From the NCBI GenBank assembly GCA_030141605.1, contig JAQGDQ010001913.1, positions 1 to 21,217 of the forward strand: a stretch of DNA of 21,217 nt. The letters run 5' to 3'. The stretch's first letter is position 1, and every line of letters starts with the position of its first letter. The notes under the pieces are model-generated. The model was not told the origin of the DNA and searched no databases. It saw only the letters and a program-made list of their open reading frames with translations. The stretch is from Tubiluchus corallicola. Lineage: Eukaryota; Animalia; Priapulida. The position numbers were made by a program, and so were the translations under genes. Positions 13,001 through 17,413 of the stretch are shown piece by piece.

Positions 13001-13341
13001 AAAGAATAAATACAATAGTAGAAGAATTTAACTTTGGAATAAAATATCCTCAAAGAGATATTAGAAGAAAAGAGAAAATACTTGAAGTAGAACTAGGAGA
13101 AGTGTTCTTTGATACTGATAAAGATGACATTAGAGTTGACCAGCTAGAAGCATTATATGAAATAGCTAATAAGCTTAAAGGATATGATACTGGAATTGTA
13201 ACTATTGAAGGAAACACTGATGCTAGAGCACCTAGTGACTACAACTTTGATCTTGCTAGAAGAAGAGCTGAAACAGTTAGAATAGAGATAACTAAAGTTC
13301 TTGGAGAAGAAAAAACTAAAAACATTAAGATCATTTTCTAA
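1..13341 (+). CDS. Giant repetitive surface protein / putative adhesin, 5'-truncated (>4446 aa): tandem DUF11-like Ig repeats plus C-terminal OmpA-like domains
   Basis: Frame +1 is open from base 1 (IIDVVESGEILELTYTVT-MSDPL). The ATG at 55 is the internal Met present in every repeat, not the real start. Repeats show the K-x-V...GETLTYxxxVxNxG...VxIxD pattern of DUF11/TIGR01451 conserved-repeat domains. Two OmpA-like motifs lie near the end. Stop is TAA at 13339-13341. Confidence 0.93.
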   Translation: MIDVVESGEILELTYTVTMSDPLVAGVTEIINAITNGTPTDPPVDPPTVCVEPDPNCTITPTEGEIVTSKSVDAGVDGIASAGETLTYVVRVENTGGSNVDNVEIKDSLYSLSVAELNALGIANKSVISELSESDLSHDANVSQTGTGAIIDVVEPGETIELTYNITMSDPLVAGVTEIINAITNGTPTDPPVDPPTVCIEPDTNCTITPTAGEIVTSKSVDAGVDNVASAGKTLVYTIRVENTGGSNVANVEIKDSLYSLSIAELNALGIANKSVISELSESDLSHDASLSGTATGGIIDVVESGEILELTYTVTMSDPLVAGVTEIINAITNGTPTDPPVDPPTVCIEPDPNCTITPTEGEIVTSKSVDAGVDGIASAGETLTYVVTVENTGGSSVSDVEIKDSLYSLSVAELNALGIASKSVISELSESDLSHDASVSQTGTGAIIDVVEPGETIELTYNITMSDPLVAGVSEIINAITNGTPTDPPVDPPTVCIEPDPNCTVTPTEGEIVTSKSVDAGADNVASAGETLTYVVTVENTGGSSVSDVEIKDSLYSLSVAELNALGIASKSVISELSESDLSHDANVSPTGTGAIIDVVESGETIELTYNITMSDPLVAGVSEIINAITNGTPTDPPVDPPTVCIEPDPNCTVTPTEGEIVTSKSVDAGLDNVASAGETLTYVVRVENTGGSNVSDVEIKDSLYSLSVAELNALGIANKSAISELSESDLSHDANVSATGTGAIIDVVESGEILELTYTVTMSDPLVAGVTEIVNAITNGTPTDPPVDPPTVCIEPDPNCTITPTAGEIVTSKSVDAGVDGIASAGETLVYTITVENTGGSNVANVEIKDSLYSLSVAELNALGIANKSVISELSESDLTHDASLSGTGTGAIIDVVESGETLELTYNITMSDPLVAGVTEIVNAITNGTPTDPPVDPPTVCIEPDPNCTITPTAGEIVTSKSVDAGVDNVASAGETLVYTITVENTGGSSVSDVEIKDSLYSLSVAELNALGIANKSVISELSESDLTHDASLSGTGTGGIIDVVESGEILELTYTVTMSDPLVAGVTEIINAITNGTPTDPPVDPPTVCVEPDPNCTITPTAGEIVTSKSVDAGVDGIASAGETLTYVVTVENTGGSSVSDVEIKDSLYSLSVAELNALGIASKSVISELSESDLTHDASVSPTGTGAIIDVVESGEILELTYTVTMSDPLVAGVTEIINAITNGTPTDPPVDPPTVCIEPDPNCTITPTAGEIVTSKSVDAGVDNVASAGETLTYVVRVENTGGSNVDNVEIKDSLYSLSVAELNALGIASKSVISELSESDLSHDASVSTTGTGAIIDVVESGETLELTYTVTMSDPLVAGVTEIINAITNGTPTDPPVDPPTVCIEPDPNCTITPTAGEIVTSKSVDAGVDNVASAGETLVYTITVENTGGSNVDAVEIKDSLFSLSVAELNALGIASKSVISELSESDLSHDASVSTTGTGAIIDVVESGEILELTYTVTMSDPLVAGVTEIVNAITNGTPTDPPVDPPTVCVEPDPNCTITPTEGEIVTSKSVDAGSDNVASAGEILTYVVTVENTGGSSVSDVEIKDSLYLLSVAELNALGIASKSVISELSESDLSHDASVSDTGTGAIIDVVESGEILELTYTVTMSDPLVVGVTEIINAITNGTPTDPPVDPPTVCIEPDPNCTITPTAGEIVTSKSVDAGADNVASAEETLTYVVTVENTGGSNVANVEIKDSLYSLSVAELNALGIASKSVISELSESDLTHDASLSGTGTGGIIDVVESGETLELTYTVTMSDPLVAGVTEIINAITNGTPTNPPVDPPTVCVEPDPNCTITPTEGEIVTSKSVDAGSDNVASAGETLTYVVTVENTGGSSVSDVEIKDSLYSLSVAELNALGIASKSVISELSESNLSHDASVNATVTGAIIDVVESGERIELTYTVTMSDPLVAGVSEIINAITNGTPTDPPVDPPTVCVEPDPNCTITPTSGEIVTSKSVDAGADNVASAGETLTYVVRVENTGGSSVSDVEIKDSLYSLSVAELNALGIASKSAIVELSESDLTHDASVSTTGTGAIIDVVEPGETIELTYNITMSDPLVAGVTEIINAITNGTPTDPPVDPPTVCVEPDPNCTVTPTAGEIVTSKSVDAGADNVASAGETLTYVVTVENTGGSSVSDVEIKDSLYSLSVAELNALGIASKSVISELSESDLTHDASVSTTGTGAIIDVVEPGERIELTYNITMSDPLVVGVPEIVNAITNGTPTDPPVDPPTVCIEPDPNCTVTPTAGEIVTSKSVDAGADNVASAGETLTYVVTVENTGGSSVSDVEIKDSLYSLSVAELNALGIASKSVISELSESNLTHDASVSATVTGAIIDVVESGERIELTYNITMSDPLVVGVPEIVNAITNGTPTDPPVDPPTVCVEPDPNCTITPTAGEIVTSKSVDAGADNVASAGETLTYVVTVENTGGSSVSDVEIKDSLYSLSVAELNALGIASKSVISELSESNLTHDASVSDTATGAIIDVVEPGETIELTYTVTMSDPLVVGVSEIINAITNGTPTDPPVDPPTVCIEPDPNCTVTPTAGEIVTSKSVDAGADNVASAGETLTYVVTVENTGGSNVSDVEIKDSLYSLSVAELNALGIASKSVISELSESNLTHDASVSDTATGAIIDVVEPGETLELTYTVTMSDPLVVGVTEIINAITNGTPTDPPVDPPTVCIEPDPNCTITPTAGEIVTSKSVDAGADNVASAGETLTYVVTVENTGGSSVSDVEIKDSLYSLSVAELNALGIANKSVISELSESNLSHDANVSTTATGAIIDVVEPGETIELTYNITMSDPLVAGVTEIINAITNGTPTDPPVDPPTVCIEPDPNCTVTPTAGEIVTSKAVDAGLDNVASAGETLTYVVTVENTGGSSVSDVEIKDSLYSLSVAELNALGIASKSVISELSESNLTHDASVSDTATGAIIDVVEPGETLELTYTVTMSDPLVVGVSEIINAITNGTPTDPPVDPPTVCVEPDPNCTVTPTAGEIVTNKSVDAGADNVASAGEILTYVVTVENTGGSSVSDVEIKDSLYSLSVAELNALGIASKSVISELSESNLTHDASVSDTATGAIIDVVEPGETLELTYTVTMSDPLVVGVSEIINAITNGTPTDPPVDPPTVCVEPDPNCTVTPTAGEIVTSKSVDAGADNVASAGETLTYVVTVENTGGSNVSDVEIKDSLYSLSVAELNALGIASKSVISELSESNLTHDASVSDTATGAIIDVVEPGETLELTYTVTMSDPLVVGVTEIINAITNGTPTDPPVDPPTVCIEPDPNCTNTLVNNPSIELSKVSNPGSTASLGDTLTYTLIARNTGNTNIDNVVINDPLLSDLNCDPLLGSSLNPEEEMVCIGTYIVKDLDITNGEILNTAKVLGEDPSGNGVEDDATEKVFTKKDPQKGSLSLMKGISSYVDNDISNSLTKGDVINYEINVTNTSNIDILNVEVEDSLIGITCNPEQGRTLSPGDIMTCLGSYTVMSSDIINGKILNISKVTGEDGEGNKFEDKDSNTLTPEDPVNQELSPGIDLLKVNTGFIDVDEDKRTSLGDKLVYTLIAINTGNVPLNNVQITDSIIKELSCKPTLGSTLYPLEKMECIGSYALNASDIDSGVRDNVGLAEGTDDNNNTVKDNEKIVVELQGYSEIVSSKKVKDANGNNVAEGGEVLTYTIEVENIGNATSQNVTIKDSLTMLEEGELYDLGIASIGDVIVLDENNNIVVSGSLKDIKGLMLNKVDPGEKVLISYDVTLLDPLKNGIYEVVNIISDNGAIPRGKCKKGDSKCTKTPMARKILIEKSASKKTVKIGDIIEYTLTIKNMSGVYEKELYVEDMIPSGFTYVDSSAKILQNNEKEDIKSKGIRPVVFGPFELKRTEKITITYKLKVGVGVIDGEHKNIAVVLDENSVPISREAEAEVYVEERIACDTFIIGKVWHDIDEDGWQDKAEARDIRVIGLSSKAKESSTITYNGNERVLEDISNIIVPKLNGKYDIGEDAEKILIKRHIESIEDLEDIKITTKGGTDINLTKEGNTIENHKGLKKKGLIGEDISIKRNVYEFGCEQKEVDKVEVEIIKLKNIIDSIYFSSGYADLKDEEISKLEKVLDQLEGKDNIRLFVIGHTDNKKLDEETKKIYADNYELSRDRAKQIGVYLGEKLKISPNKIEALGKGSDEPIAPNDSLENMQLNRRIDIEIWYDDIKSTKEKLECSDKVLTEEIIISNNGIEERGLPGVRLATVEGLLIDTDEYGRYHIEDCYNLPGYGENFIIKTDVATLPQGSYFTTENPRVKRINTIVEEFNFGIKYPQRDIRRKEKILEVELGEVFFDTDKDDIRVDQLEALYEIANKLKGYDTGIVTIEGNTDARAPSDYNFDLARRRAETVRIEITKVLGEEKTKNIKIIF
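10024..11070 (+). repeat. Three diverged ~107-113 aa Ig-like repeats (DUF11/DUF7507-like), each with a Cys pair
   Basis: Units lie at about 10024-10344, 10369-10701 and 10732-11070. They share LxK...GDxxxYxxxxxNTxN...NVxxxD...C-x-P...LxPxxxMxCxGxY...Dxxx.GxxxN...G.D. Confidence 0.8.
11086..11514 (+). repeat. Single diverged copy of the 149-aa repeat
   Basis: SEIVSSKKV..DANGNNVAEGGEVLTYTIEVENIG..VTIKDSL..ELYDLGIAS..VDPGEKVLISYDVTLLDPL..VVNII..CKKGDSKCTKTP aligns motif by motif with the array unit. Confidence 0.88.
11524..11907 (+). other. Canonical DUF11 / conserved-repeat domain
   Basis: ILIEKSASKKTVKIGDIIEYTLTIKN...VEDMIPSGFTYVDSSA...ITYKLKVGVG...HKNIA. Confidence 0.85.
12385..12726 (+). 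other. OmpA/MotB-like peptidoglycan-binding domain 1 (complete)
   Basis: IYFSSGYADL...VIGHTDN...NYELSRDRAKQI...GKGSDEPIAPNDSLENMQLNRRIDI contains all the hallmark OmpA_C motifs. Confidence 0.92.
13093..13338 (+). other. OmpA-like domain 2 (lacks the final GxxxP...NRRV segment)
   Basis: LGEVFFDTDKDDIR...IEGNTDARAPSDYNFDLARRRAETVR...KNIKIIF-stop. Confidence 0.85.
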
Positions 13342-13357
13342 TTTTCCTACATAGATT

Positions 13358-13385
13358 GCCCCCACTAAATGGGGGCTTTTTATTT
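13358..13385 (+). terminator. Intrinsic terminator of the giant gene
   Basis: GCCCCCA-ctaaa-TGGGGGC forms a perfect 7-bp stem (13358-13376), followed by TTTTTATTT, 16 nt after the stop codon. Confidence 0.9.
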
Positions 13386-13404
13386 AGAAAAAATTATTAT
13401 TTTT

Positions 13405-15120
13405 TTATGAATATGCATCTAATAATTGAAAAGAATGATTTTTTAATTCTTTCATTCCATTTTTATTAAATTCGTATAGCCATTTAATAAAATTTGATTC
13501 ATTTTGAGGTCTTGTAAAGTAAAATCCTTGAGCATAATTACATTCTAGTTTTTTTACAATTTTAAAAACATCACTGTTATCAAGCCCTCCAATAGATACC
13601 TTGTAACCAAATTTTTTACATAATTTAATATTCTCAGAGACAACATTAAACATTTTTTCATTAATATTTATATCCTTTATTATATTTTCTGCAAATGAAA
13701 TGGAGGAGATTGGCAAATGATGCATATAAGCAATAGATGAATTACCAAAACTAATATTTTCTAATGAAACATCAATGCCAAAATTGTTTATAATTTTAAT
13801 ATTTTCAGTTATTGTTTTGATATTAGTATGATTTAGCTCATCTATGATATGAAGCTCAAAAGATCTTAATGTTTTTTCTTCTTCAATTTCATATTTTTCT
13901 CTTAAAAATTCGATAAAATTATTATTATACAGAGTATTTCCTGAGATATTTAATGATATTTTAAGAGCGATTCCTTCTTGATTCCATTTTTTTATTTGTT
14001 TAAAAACTTCATCGATCATCCATTCTGTAAATTCATTAATAAGTGTACTTTTATTAATAGAGTTTATAAAATCATATGGGTGTAAAAATCCTCTTTCTGG
14101 ATGGTTCCATCTAATCAAAGCGTCAGCTACTTCAACAGTTTCAGTATTTAAATTCACCCTAGGTTGATAAAATAATTCAAATTCATCATTACTTAAAGCT
14201 GAAATAGCTTCTGATAAACTAAAGTCTGCGGAAGTAGGGCTTGAATTATTAAGAAGCTCTTTAGAAAAAACACTATAATCTGTATAATATTTTTGTGAAA
14301 AAAGTCTTGCAGATTCTGCTCTATTAATAGTTTCAATATGTGAGTCAGTAAAATTTGATACCCCTATAATAAGCTCTGGGTATATAGAAAACTGATCTAA
14401 CTTAATTACTTTTTTTAGTCCTTTTATTTTTCGTGTTATATAAGATGTAAAATTATCTTCTTGAAATGTTATTACAGCAAACTTATTATCTTCAAAATGA
14501 AAAATATTTATATTATCATTAAAAATATTATGAAGTTTTTCAACAAATTCTTTTACTAAAATACCTCCAGAAGCTACTCCAAATTTTTTAATAAATTCTT
14601 CATAATTTTTCATTTCGATCAAAATAAAATATGTGTTATCATATTGGCCACTTTGTACATAAGAAGAGATTTCCTTACTTTCAAAAAACTTTCTATTATG
14701 AAGCTTAGAAACTGGATTGTAAAATGTTATTTCTGTGAAATAAGTAGTTAAATCTTTTAAAATGGTAAAAAAATAACCACACAATACCCCCATAAAAATA
14801 AAAAAAATTCCTCGCATAATCCAGAAAATTTGCATTTGATTTTCACCATTTATAACATCTAAAGGCATAATAGGACCAACTAGAAGTCCGCATAGCATTC
14901 CAAAAGCGATACCACCATATATTCCGTAGAAAAAACCACCTAACACAATTGGTAAATACATTAAATTTACAGCAATATATTTAGTACCACCTGTTTGAAA
15001 TATTATAAAATAAAATAGAAAAGAGAGCCCTATTAAGAAAATTAAAATATTATAATTAGAGCTTTCTCTAATTTCTAAAAAGCGTTCAATTCTTGTTACA
15101 ATTGTTCTATTAGTTTTCAT
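13405..15120 (-). CDS. Membrane-anchored GGDEF-EAL domain protein with both catalytic motifs degenerate (putative c-di-GMP effector)
   Basis: The first ~125 aa contain about 4 hydrophobic segments (GGTKY..LMYLPIVLGGFFYG..GPIMP..WIMR). A GGDEF-like region follows (NPVSKLHNR...FHFEDNKFAVI), then an EAL fold (FELFYQP...ADALIRWNHPERG...SLNIS...YAQGFYFTRP). An AAGGA SD lies at 15131-15135. Confidence 0.88.
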   Translation of the reverse strand: MKTNRTIVTRIERFLEIRESSNYNILIFLIGLSFLFYFIIFQTGGTKYIAVNLMYLPIVLGGFFYGIYGGIAFGMLCGLLVGPIMPLDVINGENQMQIFWIMRGIFFIFMGVLCGYFFTILKDLTTYFTEITFYNPVSKLHNRKFFESKEISSYVQSGQYDNTYFILIEMKNYEEFIKKFGVASGGILVKEFVEKLHNIFNDNINIFHFEDNKFAVITFQEDNFTSYITRKIKGLKKVIKLDQFSIYPELIIGVSNFTDSHIETINRAESARLFSQKYYTDYSVFSKELLNNSSPTSADFSLSEAISALSNDEFELFYQPRVNLNTETVEVADALIRWNHPERGFLHPYDFINSINKSTLINEFTEWMIDEVFKQIKKWNQEGIALKISLNISGNTLYNNNFIEFLREKYEIEEEKTLRSFELHIIDELNHTNIKTITENIKIINNFGIDVSLENISFGNSSIAYMHHLPISSISFAENIIKDININEKMFNVVSENIKLCKKFGYKVSIGGLDNSDVFKIVKKLECNYAQGFYFTRPQNESNFIKWLYEFNKNGMKELKNHSFQLLDAYS

Positions 15121-15302
15121 AATTTGCCCATCCTTAATTTGATAAAATAATTTAGCATGTGTTTTAAAGTAACTAAATGAAAAAAGAAACGTCTAAAAAT
15201 AAAGTGAAAATATTTTTGCAAAATTCTTGCTTTTAAAGTAGTATATGTAAAGTACTTTAATATTAATTAAAAACAATGTTACACTTTATACATAGTCTAA
15301 GA

Positions 15303-15328
15303 TATACGATTTATATATAAATCGTATA
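15303..15328. promoter_or_regulatory. Perfect 26-bp palindrome in the divergent intergenic region (candidate operator)
   Basis: TATACGATTTATATATAAATCGTATA equals its own reverse complement. Its right end overlaps TATAAT at 15325-15330. The palindrome is directly observed; its function is inferred. Confidence 0.6.
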
Positions 15329-15459
15329 ATTTGTTAATATAATAAATTAATTTATCAATTTTTTGAAAATAAGTCAATTAAATAACGTTTGATTTTATGT
15401 GGCGTTATAACAATTGGTGTAAGAATTTTTTATAGCTAAAGCATATACTAGAAAGGAAG

Positions 15460-16590
15460 GTGCAAAGCGTCTTAGCTATATTAGGTGTAACAATAGGCAT
15501 AATGGTATTAATTGTATCTATAGCTATTTCAAATGGACTAAATAAAAATATGATTGATAGCATACTTTCTATCTCATCTCATGTTGTTTCTAGAAATATA
15601 TCTGGAGAAGGGATAAAAGATTATCAAGATTTAGTCGGTAAAATTGAAGAAATACAGGGTATTAGCGGGGCTTACCCAAAGGTATCAACACAAGGAGTTA
15701 TAAAGCATAATTTTAGAAATCATCAGAACTTAAAAGGTGTAAAAGTAGAAGGAATTGATTTTCATAAATCTAAAGGCTTAATGGAAATTATGAAAAAAAT
15801 AACAGATGGAGATATAAACAATATCAAAACTAATACAGATTTTGCCATAGGAAAAGCTCTTTTTAATGAACTAGGAGCTAATATAGGAGATAAAGTTATT
15901 TTCACACCTGCTAATGGAGAAGACATAGAACTAACTATTGCTGCAGTATTTCAATCTGGTTATTTAGAATATGATTCTAATTTAATAATAGTACCCATAG
16001 TAATAACTCAACTAGTAACAAATGGAGAAGATGAAGCTGAAACGATAGAAGTTATAGTAGACGATATCTATAAAGCTGAAACACTTGCTGATATTATAAC
16101 CAGTGAAACAGGCCTTTATACTAAAACATGGGGTCAGCTCAATGAAAATATTTTAAAAGCATTAAAATTTGAAAAAAGCTTAATGATTGTATTACTATCA
16201 TTAATTGTATTAATAGCTGGTTTTGTTGTTGCAGTTGTACTAAATATGTTAGTTAGGGAAAAAACAAAAGATATAGGTATTTTAAGATCAATAGGTTTTT
16301 CAACTAAACAAATTAGAAAGATATTTTTAATGGAAGGTATGGCTTTAGGTATTATAGGTATTATTCTAGGGAGCTTATTAGCAGGAGCTATAATTTGGTA
16401 TTTGAGGGTTTTTTCTTTACCAGGCTTACAGGACATATATTATATTGGAGAAAAGCTGCCAGTTGGAATTTCTTTAAAAGAATTATGTATAATTATATTA
16501 TGTAGTATTGTACTTACATATATAGCAAGTATTTATCCAGCACAACGAGCTGCTAAGCTGCACCCTGTGGAGGCGTTAAAATATGAATAA
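15460..16590 (+). CDS. lolE: LolC/E-family (MacB/FtsX-type) lipoprotein-releasing ABC permease; start codon uncertain
   Basis: TM1 ([19 protein letters not shown]), a periplasmic domain, three C-terminal TMs, the motif [15 protein letters not shown] and the end [18 protein letters not shown]. Translationally coupled to lolD. lolC cannot be distinguished from lolE/lolF here. Confidence 0.85.
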   Translation: MQSVLAILGVTIGIMVLIVSIAISNGLNKNMIDSILSISSHVVSRNISGEGIKDYQDLVGKIEEIQGISGAYPKVSTQGVIKHNFRNHQNLKGVKVEGIDFHKSKGLMEIMKKITDGDINNIKTNTDFAIGKALFNELGANIGDKVIFTPANGEDIELTIAAVFQSGYLEYDSNLIIVPIVITQLVTNGEDEAETIEVIVDDIYKAETLADIITSETGLYTKTWGQLNENILKALKFEKSLMIVLLSLIVLIAGFVVAVVLNMLVREKTKDIGILRSIGFSTKQIRKIFLMEGMALGIIGIILGSLLAGAIIWYLRVFSLPGLQDIYYIGEKLPVGISLKELCIIILCSIVLTYIASIYPAQRAAKLHPVEALKYE

Positions 16591-17263
16591 AATATTAACA
16601 ATTAAAAATATTAACAAATATTATTATGATAAAGTTAAAGACTTACATATTTTAAAGGATCTTAATTTAGAAGTGAAAAAAGGGGAGTTTATATCTATTT
16701 TAGGAAAATCAGGTTCTGGAAAGTCAACACTTTTAAATTTAATTGGTTTATTAGACATAGCAGATTCAGGTGACATATATTTTTCTGATAAAAATGTGAG
16801 TAAACTAAAGGATTTAGAAATTAATTACTATAGAAATAAATTTTTAGGTTTTGTTTTTCAATTTCACTACTTATTGCCTGAATTTAGTGCACTTGAAAAT
16901 GTAATGATGCCAGCGCTAGTAAACAATAAAGTATCCAAAATAGATGTAGAAAAGAAAGCTTTAGATCTTCTTGAAAGTGTAGGACTAAAAGAAAGGGTCA
17001 CTCACAAGCCATCAGAGTTATCTGGAGGAGAAAAACAAAGAGTTGCAATAGCAAGAGCTATGATAAACGATGCTAAATTAATTTTAGCTGATGAACCTAC
17101 TGGTAATCTAGATGATGAAACTAGTATAAAAATACATGAATTATTAGATAAAATAAATAAAGAAAAAGATCAAACAATTGTTGTAGTTACTCATAGTCAT
17201 GAGCTTGCGAATAAATGTGATAAAAATTATTTCTTAAAAAATGGTAAGTTGCTAGAAAAATAA
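16583..17263 (+). CDS. lolD: LolD-like ABC ATP-binding protein
   Basis: Walker [29 protein letters not shown], signature LSGGEKQR, Walker [12 protein letters not shown] and VVVTH. Overlaps the permease stop by 8 nt (ATGAATAA). Confidence 0.92.
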   Translation: MNKILTIKNINKYYYDKVKDLHILKDLNLEVKKGEFISILGKSGSGKSTLLNLIGLLDIADSGDIYFSDKNVSKLKDLEINYYRNKFLGFVFQFHYLLPEFSALENVMMPALVNNKVSKIDVEKKALDLLESVGLKERVTHKPSELSGGEKQRVAIARAMINDAKLILADEPTGNLDDETSIKIHELLDKINKEKDQTIVVVTHSHELANKCDKNYFLKNGKLLEK

Positions 17264-17348
17264 ATTAAATAAAATGAACTGGTTTATTTAATTAGACTAA
17301 ATTTTTTTAAGAAATAAAAATTATATAGAAATTAAGAGAAAAAAAAAG

Positions 17349-17408
17349 TATAATATAAAAGGAGGTTATTTTACAAAACTATATAATATAAACATGGAAA
17401 GGAAGTGA
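17349..17408 (+). promoter_or_regulatory. Putative hpf promoter/RBS region: two TATAAT boxes and two SD-like motifs
   Basis: TATAAT at 17349-17354 and 17382-17387, AAGGAGGT at 17359-17366, and AAGGAAGTGA at 17399-17408. No convincing -35 element. Confidence 0.4.
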
Positions 17409-17413
17409 TCTTA

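Noticed and set aside
13405-15120. Active diguanylate cyclase/phosphodiesterase, or a true lapD orthologue
   Set aside because: The catalytic motifs are missing. It also lacks LapD's periplasmic and HAMP domains, so only an analogy is proposed.
15214-15355. Short palindromes TTTTGCAAAA, TAAAGTACTTTA and ATAAATTAATTTAT, and a Rex-like half site TTGTTAA
   Set aside because: These are expected by chance in very AT-rich DNA, and the Rex-like site has no matching second half.
15397-15435. 12-codon ORF MWRYNNWCKNFL in frame with lolC/E (leader peptide or TAG readthrough)
   Set aside because: It has no SD, and the homologous N-terminal residues (EFFIAK) are in a different frame, so readthrough would not restore the expected protein.
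13342-15459. Mobile-element or island boundary around the adhesin and EAL genes
   Set aside because: No transposase, integrase, tRNA, terminal inverted repeats or target-site duplication are visible.
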